A stretch of DNA of 64,000 nucleotides from Lytechinus pictus (Eukaryota). The notes beneath the pieces are model-generated. The model worked only from the letters and a program-made list of their open reading frames with translations. It searched no databases and had not been told where the DNA came from. This document shows positions 39,555 to 51,549 of the stretch, piece after piece. Location: NCBI RefSeq assembly GCF_037042905.1, contig NC_087252.1, positions 6,326,001-6,390,000 of the forward strand, given 5' to 3'. Made by a program: the position numbers and the translations under genes. The stretch's first letter is position 1. The number at the start of each line of letters is the position of its first letter.

Positions 39555-39712
39555 AATAAGCAAGGGAAAAAGCCTTTTGTAATTATTTCTGTAGCCACTC
39601 CTTCTACACTCTACAATAGCTGAAAAATAGGAAAGAATGGAAATCATCCCTACATTTCTGGAAATTCTGGCATGATTTGAGTCAATGTTACAATTTAAAC
39701 TACAATACTTAC

Positions 39713-39922
39713 ATGCAGTAGATAGCAAGGATGATGAAAACAAAGAGATAGTTGCTCTGGAAATGCTCAATATTTTTGACCACCCTGGTTCCAGCTACAG
39801 TGACTGATGTGGGCTTGGTGAACCGAGATGTGCTGATAAATTGGGACCATGGTTGTATGGTTTGACGACGTTTTGAAATCCATTCTCTTGCAGACGACCC
39901 TGAAAGGTTCATTGCTGCCATG
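39713..39922 (-). CDS. RABAC1: RABAC1 coding exon 2 (210 nt)
   Basis: AREWISKRRQTIQPWSQFISTSRFTKP...RVVKNIEHFQSNYLFVF, the PRA1 signature. AG at 39923-24, donor GTAAGT at 39712. Confidence 0.95.
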
Positions 39923-41604
39923 CTGTATGAAAAAAAAGAAAGTAGATTGCTGATTGCTTAACCCTAATTAGGCCGGGGTATTTTGGGAGATCATACGAGC
40001 TCTCGGCCCTCAACCGCGCGTTCGCGCCGATAATTGGCACGTAGGTTGCCTGGGACATAATCTTCAAAATTATAGTAATTTGATGCAAATTGCTATTAAT
40101 TAATCATGCTAATATATGCAATTAGTATGCAAAATCATACTTTTTTGCATATAACTCCCTAAATAACGCTCCAGATGTCCTGATTTCTGGTGTAGGAACT
40201 CTTTGTTGTTTTCATAGCAAATGTATGGGTCATTCCACGGGGTTGGGGCAACAGCACTTTTTTGTGTTCCCTATGAATTGTTGGCTTTATCCTGAAAATG
40301 TGTTTGGCGTTTGGATGTTGCAATGTGGTTTTGTTGGAAGGCAGTTATGTAAGCAATTACTTGATGCAGAAATAAAAATGTTGAACCTCAAGTATTTTTG
40401 ATGGTGAGACTTTAAATGATGATGTCCAGACTCTTTTTTGGGGTACCAAGTGTGACATCCAAAATGGTAATTTTCAGTTGAAGATATCTAATTAAAAGAT
40501 AAACTTAGTCAAATTCAAATGGCCATGATTGATAAAGCAACATTTGTTTAATAACAAAACAGTAATGGGATAGCAAATGAAAAGAGGCTTCATATCATAA
40601 ATCATTCCTACAACATCGCATACCACCGTTACATGCGATGTCCGCGTTTATTTTTTTCTGTAACGGCGGTAAAGTGGTAAATAACTAAAAGTCAGAAATC
40701 ATTCTTTCCAAAGTTATGTGTCAGAAATAAAGGGCAGGCAGTAAGCAACTTTTCATCAAAAGATTAGCTTTGAAAACCAATGTTAATGTCATGTAAATTA
40801 ATCGAAGTTCGCCGATGTTTTGGGCGATGTCCGGGCCAAATTTGTAACGGTGGATCACATTTCATCGCGTATGTAAAAAGGAGAGACCGGAGAAGAGACC
40901 GTCGTTGTATCAGACGGACGGGATGTTAGCCGAAATCCACGTGCACATGAACGGCTATGATATCGGGTGTTTTGCAGCATTGCAATTGGGAATCTTCCTG
41001 CAATGTCCATGTAACGGTGGATTGGATCTCCACGATGTTTTCCCTTTCAAAGCGACGTAAGTACGGAGATTTATCCCGATACTCGTATTTTTAAATCAGT
41101 TAAACCTTATCTTAAAAATGTGAAACTATATTATCATGCAGAAAGTGTTTTTAAGTTTGAAAAATCTCGCTAATTTTCCATAATCTTTTACTACAGTCCC
41201 ACATGTATCTTTTCGTGTAAGTGAAATATGTGATTGAGACATCGCCGTGTTTGTTCCAGATTTGCTAAACGGCCCCAAAGAAATAATGTTTTTATTACTG
41301 TGATTCCATGCAAACATGTTTTGAATGTTAGCTGACATGATTCAATCGCAATTTAGTTGATTTTTTTAAACACCGAAATATGTTATTTCAATAGGCCAAT
41401 GGATACTCAAAACCGCTGATGATCATGCTGACATCTCAGATTTGGTACAAAATCTCGCGGCTTTCTCGCCTTGTTTAAATTGGCTCCTACTGATTCTACG
41501 TAATATGGGTATCAAAGACCTGATGATCAAATTTGAATTTCCCCCAAAAAATGAGAGTTTAGAACCAGTGGCAGCGCCACGGGGGAGGCAGGCCCCCCCC
41601 CCCC

Positions 41605-41652
<48 letters not shown>

Positions 41653-42620
41653 GTCAGCTGATCCCAATCCGAAAGGGGGGGGGGGCAAAATAATTTTTAT
41701 GTTACTACCCCCTACACATAGTACATGTGCTTTGTGTATGATGAAGCATGGCCATAATCCAATTACTAGTCATTCTTGGCTGTAGGCCTAACCTTCCCAA
41801 AACTTTTCATCTTGTTGAATGTTATACTTTTCAGCACATTCTTTTTTTCTCTCAATATTTTTTCAATATTTTGTATTTTGATGTCTATATATTAAATTGT
41901 AAGGAGAAGGGGGGGGGGGTTTGTTTTATCAGAAAGCAAAACTGTGTGATTGTTTTCAATGTGATTTTTTTTTATTGCAATATAATGAGATTTTTAAAAC
42001 ATGTACAAGTGAACAAAAGAAAATGTGACACAATCAAGTTTTTTTCACAAGAGTTTATTTGCTGTATCAGAAGGTAAATTGCAGATTCGAATTCCATTAA
42101 TTCATTTAATTCCAATAGAACATACATATATTATGTAATTGCTTGAACAATTAAACTTCAGCGATGAAAATTAAATAAGATGGTTATAAAAAACTAAATG
42201 GAATTGTCTAGATAACCACCCTTGATTAGAATGCAGAATAGAATTAGATTAAATTAATCCATTGAGAAATGAAATTGAAGTACAGATAATTTATGAAAAG
42301 GTAATGGGCAAGTAATTGTATTGTGAAAACAAAGTAGAACACAACAACACAAATACAAAAACCTTCTATAAAACGTAACTTTATATTTAATTTATGAACT
42401 ATGAAATGATGAATTCTATTTGCTATGAAAAAATACAAAGTGAAGGTTCCTGTGTATTTTGCAAGAACAGATCAGATTCATTGTCCCTAGTAATCCACCC
42501 CCTTTAATGAGAAAATGTCAAGACATAAATAACTAAATGATTTGATATAATATAAAAAATATTTGCTTATTGCTTAAAAAATATAGTCAAACTTCCAAAT
42601 ACTATTTTTCTCAACTACAG

Positions 42621-42785
42621 GTAGCCTCTGTTCAAGGTGAAAATGTATATCTTCAGTACATGAAGTGTCAATCTGGTGACCTGTACTCCTGGCCTGATGG
42701 CGAGGCACAATTCTACCTCCATCCACTTTGTGACATTGACAGAATCCTCTTCCAAACTTTCTTATTGGGTCACCAGTCTTCTTGA
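42621..42785 (+). pseudogene. Remnant coding exon inside the Sola2-like element
   Basis: Acceptor tttttctcaactacAG, then VASVQGENVYLQYMKCQSGDLYSWPDGEAQFYLHPLCDIDRIL, resembling the V..M......Y.WP...I segment at the C-termini of some transposon proteins (from recall). Confidence 0.4.
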
Positions 42786-43731
42786 AGTTCATAAACTTGT
42801 AACCTGAATGAAGAGAGAAATATTGCATGTTAATTTTAATAGTCAGGTTTAGTGTACAGTGTAATACATTTTTTTGCATTTGCCAGTAAGAAGTTTACTG
42901 AAGAGTTCTTGCAGTTTTATTTTTGAACATTAGAATAGCTTAGTACATTTTACTTTCTTGCTTACAACTCTGTTAAAAAAACAGAAGATATAAAGGTGGT
43001 GAGTTTTTTTAATTTAATTTGTCCACTAAGTACTTTACAATTGTCCTTTTCGCATGTTGAAACTTAATGTTTTATCTAATGTATGTAAGTTCCAGTGATG
43101 ACATGATTATATTTTAATTAATGTCACTTCTACACTACCATTTTGAGGACATGATGTCCATGTAACTGAGGTAAAACAAATTAGAGCTAACAAATTGAAC
43201 AAGTTTATATGTGTAAGGTATAAATGCGTTGTCCATGTCTATGCCAACTTTGTCTTGTTTTGTCTTGAAAAACCATAGCTTAGAAGAACTAAACTAGTAC
43301 CTTTTCCCTACATATTTTTTACCTGAATATTGTATCAAAGGTATCAAAAAATTTTATAATTGTGTATGAATAAAAAAAACATTTTACCTGTTCATTGATA
43401 TGAATTACAGAAGCTTGCTTGTAGATGTTGTATTTCTACACTTGAGTAAGATGAGTTAACTTGCATTTAGTGTGTTGATACTAGAAAAATATGTCAAATA
43501 TTCAAGTAATGCTATTCAATATGACCATTACAAGGACATGATGTCCGTGTAACAGAGGTATCTACATTTGAAAGTAATATCTTGAAGGAGATATTTCAAA
43601 GTAATAAAAGATTTGGAGATCGTAAGATAGCACTGTTTCGTTTTTTCCCCTTTAGAAAGAAACATAAATGTTTCCAGAGACAGACGGAAGTGGAACCTTG
43701 AGGATTAGTATGATTTTAAATGTCAATATTG

Positions 43732-44506
43732 AATAATTTTGTACATTTTTCCTTGTTTAAACTCTAATTTAAAGTGCTTTTACTTGCAAAGAATTTGACA
43801 TGCAAAATGTTTTTCTTCTAGTGTAATCAATTGAACTTGTGCAAATATTCTAAGGCAGAAAGGGTAATTTGGTATGTAATGACCATTAATGGATCTTAAC
43901 TTACAATGCTTCAAATTATACCTCTGTTACAGAGACATGATGTCCATGTAACGGTGGTAACACCAAACAAAAATAGAAGGTTAGGCCAGAGAGAGTAGTT
44001 GAGTTTTTCCAAAGAGAATATTCCATTCTGTTGAGGCATGACTTCTCTCAACTATTTAGTTCTACATGCCATCATAAATTGAATTTTCTTGACTGGTGAG
44101 AAAAAAGAACGACACATAATTTGTCAATAATTTTGTAAATTTTTCTTTGTTTAAACTCTAATTTAAATTTCTTTTATTTGCAAATAATTTGACATGCAAA
44201 ATGTTTTTTTTCTAATATAATCAATTGATCTTGTGCAAATAATTGAAGGCAGAAAGTGTAATTTGGTATGTGATGACCATTAATGGACCTTAACTTACAA
44301 TGCTTCAAATTATACCTCTGTTACAGAGACATGATGTCCATGTAACGGTGGTAACACCAAAAATAGAAGGTTAGGCCAGAAAGAGTAGTTGAGTTTTTCC
44401 AAAAAGAATATTCCATTCTGTTGAGGCATGACTTCTGTCAACTATTTAGTTCTACATGCCATCATAAATTGAATTTTCTTGACTGGTGAGAAAAAAGAAC
44501 GACACA
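43732..44506 (+). repeat. Tandem duplication of a ~394-bp unit
   Basis: 43732-44116 and 44126-44506 align throughout; their 3' halves are nearly identical. Confidence 0.92.
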
Positions 44507-45928
44507 GAACATGGCACTGGTATACACACAGAGCATCAAGTTCCATTTATTGATGCTAAATCTTTCAAAATATATATGCCATGTTGGAAAATGTGGAATA
44601 AATTGACTAAAAATGTTGTTAGCAAAATATTTATTAAGAGGAATTGAGATCAACCCTTTTATTTTGACAGTAGGAGAGTATAGTCTAAGTAAGGATGATA
44701 AATGATGTCCGTGTAACGGTGGTATTTTGCCAAATCTTGTTTCGCAACTTACTCAAATATGCAGGGTGGTATGAAATGCCTGTAAGTGGATTTAGTTGAA
44801 GAATTGTCCCATGAAACATATAAGAAAAAAAACTTTTCATTTATTACATTTCTATTTTTTGACCCTGATGTCACAATTTTTGCCCCAACCCCATGGAATG
44901 ACCCGTATGTGAAAAAATTGCAATATTAGATCAATTTCTTATGTAATATACTGTTTTTTGCAATTTCTTATGTATTTCTTTTTTTTACCTTTAGTTTTTA
45001 TATATATTTTTTATATAATACAAAAACGATACTGATTGAGGTGTCATGAAAAAGTATATTTTCTGATTTTGCAACACAAAAGTTTTAGTTAAAATGAAGT
45101 AATGGTGAAAAGCAAACAATGGCTGAAAATCATTTGGCACCCAGCAGAAAACTAAAGTCATGAACTTGTAAAAAAATTATGATAATCATTTTGCATCTTT
45201 GGACAAGATAAAATCTGAATTTTCTTGCCACAATGCAAGATCAAGCCTTCCAAGACAAAAATTATTTTAGGAAACTCGATAAAAAGTCACTGTGATAATC
45301 ATGCCAGGGTACCACCTCATAAATAGGCTAATCAAGCCGGAAAATCATGACAATAAAAAAATCACATGGTTTAAATTGTTGGGCTTGCTTGTTGATTGGC
45401 CCAAAGATTGAAAAATGGCAATGGATACTCCCTAGTTCTTCACTTTTGAACTAATTTCTCCCTCCCCCACCTCCTTTCTCGCCTCATCTTCTTATCCCCG
45501 ACCACATTTTTCTGCTTTTCTCACTCTTCTCTTGTTCCTCCTCCCTTCTGACCCTGTCCAAGCCTGAGATTGTCTCAGACAATGACAGAGATCTAGAAAC
45601 CGTTCTCAATACCATCATAACTAGTTTACTGGAATAAGTGGAAACTAGTTCAGTCATGTTAATTAGAGGAAACTAGTTTAACGTGTAATGAGAGCGGTCT
45701 TGGAAGCGATCTTCCAAACCGGTTCAGAAAACCACCTCGCGATTTGTTTTGAGAATAAGTGAGGACACAGCCAAAGCCGCCTTTGGGAACAATCTTCGCA
45801 CATTTTCGAGCGCGCTAGTCGCGCTACTCCACACACTGTGACTGCATTAACTGTAATGTGGAATGACCACGCCAAGGTTTCAAATTTCGCGCGAAACATG
45901 TCACCCCACTGAGAGTGTTCCCATAATA

Positions 45929-48900
45929 GGGGAGACTGGGGTTAGTTGGAACATTTTTGACAAAAATGGCTGTAAAATCGAAATTGATTTTATTCGAGAA
46001 ACAATCAATATATCAGCTTGAAGCATATATCTAAGGGCTTCAAATGTACCCCATAAAATTTTTAACTCTATTATGGTTACTGAAAAAATCCACCTTGAAC
46101 GAGACCATTGCAAACGTTCCAACTTACTCCAATACGGGGTAAGTTGGAACATAGTATGGGGTAAGTTGGAACACTGCATGGTCAATTAAGAATTATACTA
46201 AAACTACTTAAAACTGTAATATTACATGGTTTTAGCCTATTTGCTTTATTTTATTCGAGTTCAAAATATTAAAGTGTGGATTCATTGAACTTTAAGTTTT
46301 CTATTATACAGCCACTCACGCAAGCAGACTGTGTTGTAGAATTCCGCATATTTGGGTGCGTTTGATTTTACATGCAATTAAGTGTACTATCAGCAATTTC
46401 ATGTACTTCTGCATCAAATCTATAAGACAAAAGATAATTGTTTATATTTTTTTCATTAATTAATTATGCAAATAAGCTTATAAAATTTGCCCTAAATTTG
46501 TTTTTTTTTGGGTATGTGCCTTTAACTCTATTTATTAAGCTAGTAGAATGCTAATTTTTGGTGAGAGTATCAATTTTCACATTTATAACAAATATCCACC
46601 AAAAATTGCAAAAGATATAATTTCTTATGCATATTTTGTTTGTTTTATTTGTATTTTTGTTCTTTCGAACCTTTGTTTTTTCCGATGAACTTTGTCGGGA
46701 GTCTTTTGCGATTATGAATAGCATAAAATGAATCTATTTGAACCAACAAAAGTAAAAAAATAATCATACATTTATGACTTTTGGTTGAAAAACACAATTT
46801 GCATTGACCTTGTACATGGAATCATGTTTTTGAACAATTTTGGGTCCGAACATGCACATACAAAATGTTGCGTAATTTCAAAACCGCGCACACAGTCACA
46901 GGCATCGCAAATTTGGTCTCAAATGATGCGCAAGACTTGAAAGTAAAAAGTCAGCGAGCAGTGTAGTAAAAAAATTTCACGCGACGGCGTAGTGACGAAA
47001 TTTCTTGAGGGGGGGGCTCAAATTGACCCCCCCCCCCCAGTTTGATAAGGGTTAATATTGCATTAGGTGCCTACAATAGGCCTTAAATGCACACTCAGAC
47101 CTAACTAATAAACAAAACAAGCATGGTAATACAATACATGTTCAGAAGAGTGTGAAATACTTAAAGTTGAATTAAGAAGACGATTCCAAATATTGAGATA
47201 TTTACATTAATAGCAACCTTACAACCCCCCAAACACTAATAGGTGATTCGACCCCCCATTTTCTTTTTTCAAAATAGTGAATTTAAACGATTTATCCCTA
47301 CCCATTTTCCCTGAGTTCGCTCCTGCAATGCCTACCGAGACGGGTGTTCTTTGAGTGTGACGTCACCGGGGGGTATTCGGTCCCAGTTTAGTAAACAAGG
47401 CAGTGCCGTTTTGTGTACTACTATGGAATAACTGCAGTTGAAGTTGTATCTGCGAGCCATAGAACTTGCAAAGAGGAAATGATTAAAATATTTGTGGCCG
47501 TACTATTATTCCAAATATGTGAATTCCCTCAGAATGATACCATAGACCCTAAAGGAATAATTTCAAGGTGAATAATATGAAATTTGATCGAGATCTTCTC
47601 ACCAGTCGATAACGTAGCAGACGTGTTATTATGACATATTTATCCGCGTGTGACGCGGCTCTTGCAAAAAAACACAGTTGGTTGCGGAATTGCTTTGTGC
47701 CGACCGGCCGCCCGCTCCGGCGCAGCTAGCTGTCGAGCTACCGTACCGTTCTTGTTGTCTTCAACCATAGAGATGTATACTAATTACTATATATCTTTCT
47801 GTCTTCAACTCACTTCCGAATTGCGTTTGTATGTGTGACGGTGACCCCTAGCGTAATTAAATATAGAAAACAACTCAGAAGGCCGAGAAAGAATACTATA
47901 CGTTTGGTTCAAGATTGTTCTGTGGAATGAGCTATGAGTGGAAATGATCCAGAGGATATAAAAGTGGAGTCAAAGACAAAAGAAAAGAAGAAAAAACGCC
48001 AGGGGATCGCTGCACGGCCATGAACTAAGTCGACATACCAGACCATAACAGTACACTCAAATGCCTGGGTGTTGTGTGTACTAGTATTATGCGTTCAGCG
48101 CGCGCTGAGCTAGCCGCCGGAATTACTTTCCAGCTACTCACTTGATTGAACATCGTGATAAAATAAATGAGAAATAGTGAAAATATCATTCAATAACTCA
48201 CTGTTTGCTATCTTACATCATGATTGAAGAGTTCATGGTGGTTATTCATACTGTTTTTTATACAGGGAAAGTAAAGATTTGTACATATCAGTCCTATTTG
48301 TTTGATTTGAGTTGCTTTGAAAAAAAATTGTAAAATATCTTTCTCTCTCTGCATAGCATTTCTGTATGACATTCAGGCACCTCTTATACTAAATTCCCCC
48401 CGGTGACGTCACACTCCGAGTGACTTTTCTGTACACTCGTCTCTCGGGCTCTGACAGGTGGCTAATTTCATAGACTTTCAAAGCAAAATATCGAGAAGGC
48501 AGAGGATTATTGTGACATGCTATGTGTTTGAACAACTTATATATACTATATATTGTATGTAGAACCTATATTTATGGAAACTCACCCCCTTCTTAATTCA
48601 ACTTTAATGTATTTTTTTTCTCATATCCAATGTTTTTATTCATAATTATGTTTGGGGTAAGTTGGAACATGTTCCAACTAGCCCCTTCAATTTTGTTCCA
48701 ACTAACCCCGGAGGCCCATTTGACGTTTATAAGCTTACAGCACAAAAAAGGGACTTCACCATGGCATATTAATAAACTCATTTTGTAGCTTGGTATAAGT
48801 GTCTATTATACCCCCAAACTGGCCAACTTGATCTATAAAGTTCTCTGAGATAATTAAACAGTTCTGAAAGAGAAAAAAATTACTCAGAAAATCAAAAACC

Positions 48901-49076
48901 AAAAATTCCTTTCAAACTTCACCAGGCTTGTGGCACATGTGTTGTCTGTAATATGGTGGATGGCTGTTGATAATGAAAATAAATTGAGGGCAGTATTGCA
49001 GAAATTTGTTTAAAGACGTTAAAGAAAATTACAATGTTTCAACTTACCCCGTGTTCCAACTAACCCCGGTCTCCCC
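45929..49076. mobile_element. pogo/Tc1-mariner-like MITE split by nested insertions (arms 45929-~46270 and 48608-49076)
   Basis: TA|GGGGAGACTGGGGTTAGTTGGAACA ... TGTTCCAACTAACCCCGGTCTCCCC|TA, with repeated GGGGTWAGTTGGAACA motifs in both arms. Confidence 0.8.
47165..48603 (+). mobile_element. Kolobok-like non-autonomous element, copy 1
   Basis: 15-bp TIR AGTTGAATTAAGAAG, TTAA at 47161-64 and 48604-07, internal inverted motif GAGTGTGACGTCACCGGGGG. Confidence 0.88.
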
Positions 49077-49080
49077 TATA

Positions 49081-50935
49081 GTGCTCAACTACACCAAAAG
49101 CTTCGGTCTCTGTTATATTGGTTGTTCCGCTGAACTCCGTTAATGGTTGGCTCCACTCACCAATTACAGAGACCGAAGTTCTAACTCGATCTGTAAGGGG
49201 ACTCAATGGCCATATGTTTATTGTATTAAGTTCGGATAAACCAGGAAGTGGGAATTGCGCGACAGCCGAATTAAGTCACTGTTTTTCCCCCTTTTTAAAG
49301 TTGAATTAAGAAGGGGGTGAGTTTCCATAAATATAGGTTCTACATACAATATATAGTATATATAAGTTGTTCAAACACATAGCATGTCACAATAATCCTC
49401 TGCCTTCTCGATATTTTGCTTTGAAAGTCTATGAAATTAGCCACCTGTCAGAGCCCGAGAGACGAGTGTACAGAAAAGTCACTCGGAGTGTGACGTCACC
49501 GGGGGGAATTTAGTATAAGAGGTGCCTGAATGTCATACAGAAATGCTATGCAGAGAGAGAAAGATATTTTACAATTTTTTTTCAAAGCAACTCAAATCAA
49601 ACAAATAGGACTGATATGTACAAATCTTTACTTTCCCTGTATAAAAAACAGTATGAATAACCACCATGAACTCTTCAATCATGATGTAAGATAGCAAACA
49701 GTGAGTTATTGAATGATATTTTCACTATTTCTCATTTATTTTATCACGATGTTCAATCAAGTGAGTAGCTGGAAAGTAATTCCGGCGGCTAGCTCAGCGC
49801 GCGCTGAACGCATAATTAGTACACACAACACCCAGTCATTGAGTGTACTGTTATGGTCTGGTATGTCGACTTAGTTCATGGCCGTGCAGCGATCCCCTGG
49901 CGTTTTTTCTTCTTTTCTTTTGTCTTTGACTCCACTTTTATATCCTCTGGATCATTTCCACTCATAGCTCATTCCACAGAACAATCTTGAACCAAACGTA
50001 TAGTATTCTTTCTCGGCCTTCTGAGTTGTTTTCTATATTTAATTACGCTAGGGGTCACCGTCACACATACAAACGCAATTCGGAAGTGAGTTGAAGACAG
50101 AAATAGTAATTAGTATACATCTCTATGGTTGAAGACAACAAGAACGGTACGGTAGCTCAACAGCTAGCTGCGCCGGAGCGGGCGGCCGGTCGGCACAAAG
50201 CAATTCCGCAACCAACTGTGTTTTTTTGCAAGAGCCGCGTCACACGCGGATAAATATGTCATAATAACACGTCTGCTACGTTATCGACTGGTGAGAAGAT
50301 CTCGATCAAATTTCATATTATTCACCTTGAAATTATTCCTTTAGGGTCTATGGTATCATTCTGAGGGAATTCACATATTTGGAATAATAGTACGGCCACA
50401 AATATTTTAATCATTTCCTCTTTGCAAGTTCTATGGCTCGCAGATACAACTTCAACTGCAGTTATTCCATATGAAGGAGTACGTGCATAGTACACAAAAC
50501 GGCACTGCCTTGATTACTACACCGGGACCGAATACCCCCCGGTGACGTCACACTCAAAGAACACCCGTCTCGGTAGGCATTGCAGGAGCGAACTCAGGGA
50601 AAATGGGTAGGGATAAATCATTCAAATTCACTATTTTGAAAAAAGAAAATGGGGGGTCGAATCACCTATTAGTGTTTGGGGGGTTGTAAGGTTGCTATTA
50701 ATGTAAATATCTCAATATTTGGAATCGTCTTCTTAATTCAACTTTAAGGTTATTTTTTCCCGTTTTTGGTGCATTTCAGGTCAAAACAGAATTTTTTTGG
50801 GCCCAGTTCTTTTTTTATGAAATAAAGAAAAAAATTTATGAGCCCCATCGGGGCTGCACGATAGCGAGCCGTCTGTGTACGAGGAGAAATTAAAAAAAAA
50901 TGTTAAAGAACTCCTCGAAACAGACAGCTGTCTAT
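49081..50935 (+). mobile_element. Unclassified MITE family (CCAAAAGCTTCGGTCTCTG end), interrupted by Kolobok-like copy 2; other copies at ~25622-25700 and ~55980-56260 (minus)
   Basis: The terminal sequence is shared by three loci, and 50880-50930 matches the reverse complement of 56115-56175. Confidence 0.55.
49299..50743 (-). mobile_element. Kolobok-like non-autonomous element, copy 2 (inverted relative to copy 1)
   Basis: Near-identical reverse complement of 47165-48603, with its own TTAA flanks at 49295-98 and 50744-47. Confidence 0.88.
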
Positions 50936-51249
50936 ATATAACAACAATACTGCTTTACGTGAAGTAGTTTCGAAAACCACTCTCGGTGATCAAATGAAAT
51001 GCCATGGCATGGGAACGCGAGAAAAGCCAAAGGCAAATAATAAGTTTACGCCGCCATCTTCCCCAACGTTACGGACGCGAGCGTAACGTTGGGGAAGTAC
51101 AATAAAAAACAAGATGGCGGCGTAAACATATTTTCAGTGTCCAAAACTGGACAACTCTCCCCTTTTGGACACTGAAAATGTACCCCAAAACATCTCTTTT
51201 TGCTCATTCTAATCATATGACAAACGATTCATCATTGATATAATGTTGT

Positions 51250-51549
51250 GAAACCTCTGTACTTGTCCTCTCATAAAGAGAACACCTCACCTTGTGATAG
51301 ACTCTATAAAAGTGAGAATATAAGTGAAATAAGTACTAAAGTAATGAGGGAATTGTACGTGTGTGACATCACAGATCTTGGTTGCATTGCCAATGGGAGG
51401 ATCTACATGGCATTAGTGATCTCAATTTTCAAATGCTCATAACTTTCTTATTATTCATTCAATCTTCCTCAAACTTTCAACAATATGTTTCTTTGATTTT
51501 TCTCTTTGATATGGATTCAGCTGGTTTCAAGGGTTTCATTCTCCTTTAA
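51250..51549. mobile_element. Right end of a Kolobok-like MITE
   Basis: Ends gggtttcattctcct|TTAA. The ctcataactttcttatt...caaacttt block resembles 15095-15143 of the 14542 element. Confidence 0.45.

Larger units (their letters stand above)
40227..44904. mobile_element. Sola2-like non-autonomous DNA transposon (4.68 kb)
   Basis: TIR GGGTCATTCCACGGGGTTGGGGCAA / TTGCCCCAACCCCATGGAATGACCC with 1 mismatch; 4-bp TSD GTAT at 40223-26 and 44905-08; GRG termini. Confidence 0.8.
39962..47051. mobile_element. piggyBac-like MITE termini (probably two partial copies: 39962-~45000, interrupted, and ~46270-47051)
   Basis: TTAA|CCCTAATTAGGCCGGGG at 39958 and CCCCAGTTTGATAAGGG|TTAA ending at 47055. The segment 40080-40226 + 44909-45000 resembles 46460-46660, implying two copies. 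Confidence 0.5.

Noticed and set aside
43130..44725. CRISPR array interpretation of the periodic palindromes
   Set aside because: Spacers of ~350 bp are far too long, there are no cas genes, and the array lies inside a TIR/TSD-bounded eukaryotic transposon.
39962..47051. A single intact 7-kb piggyBac transposon
   Set aside because: There is no transposase ORF, the TIRs are imperfect, and internal sequence is duplicated, suggesting ends from two separate partial MITE copies.
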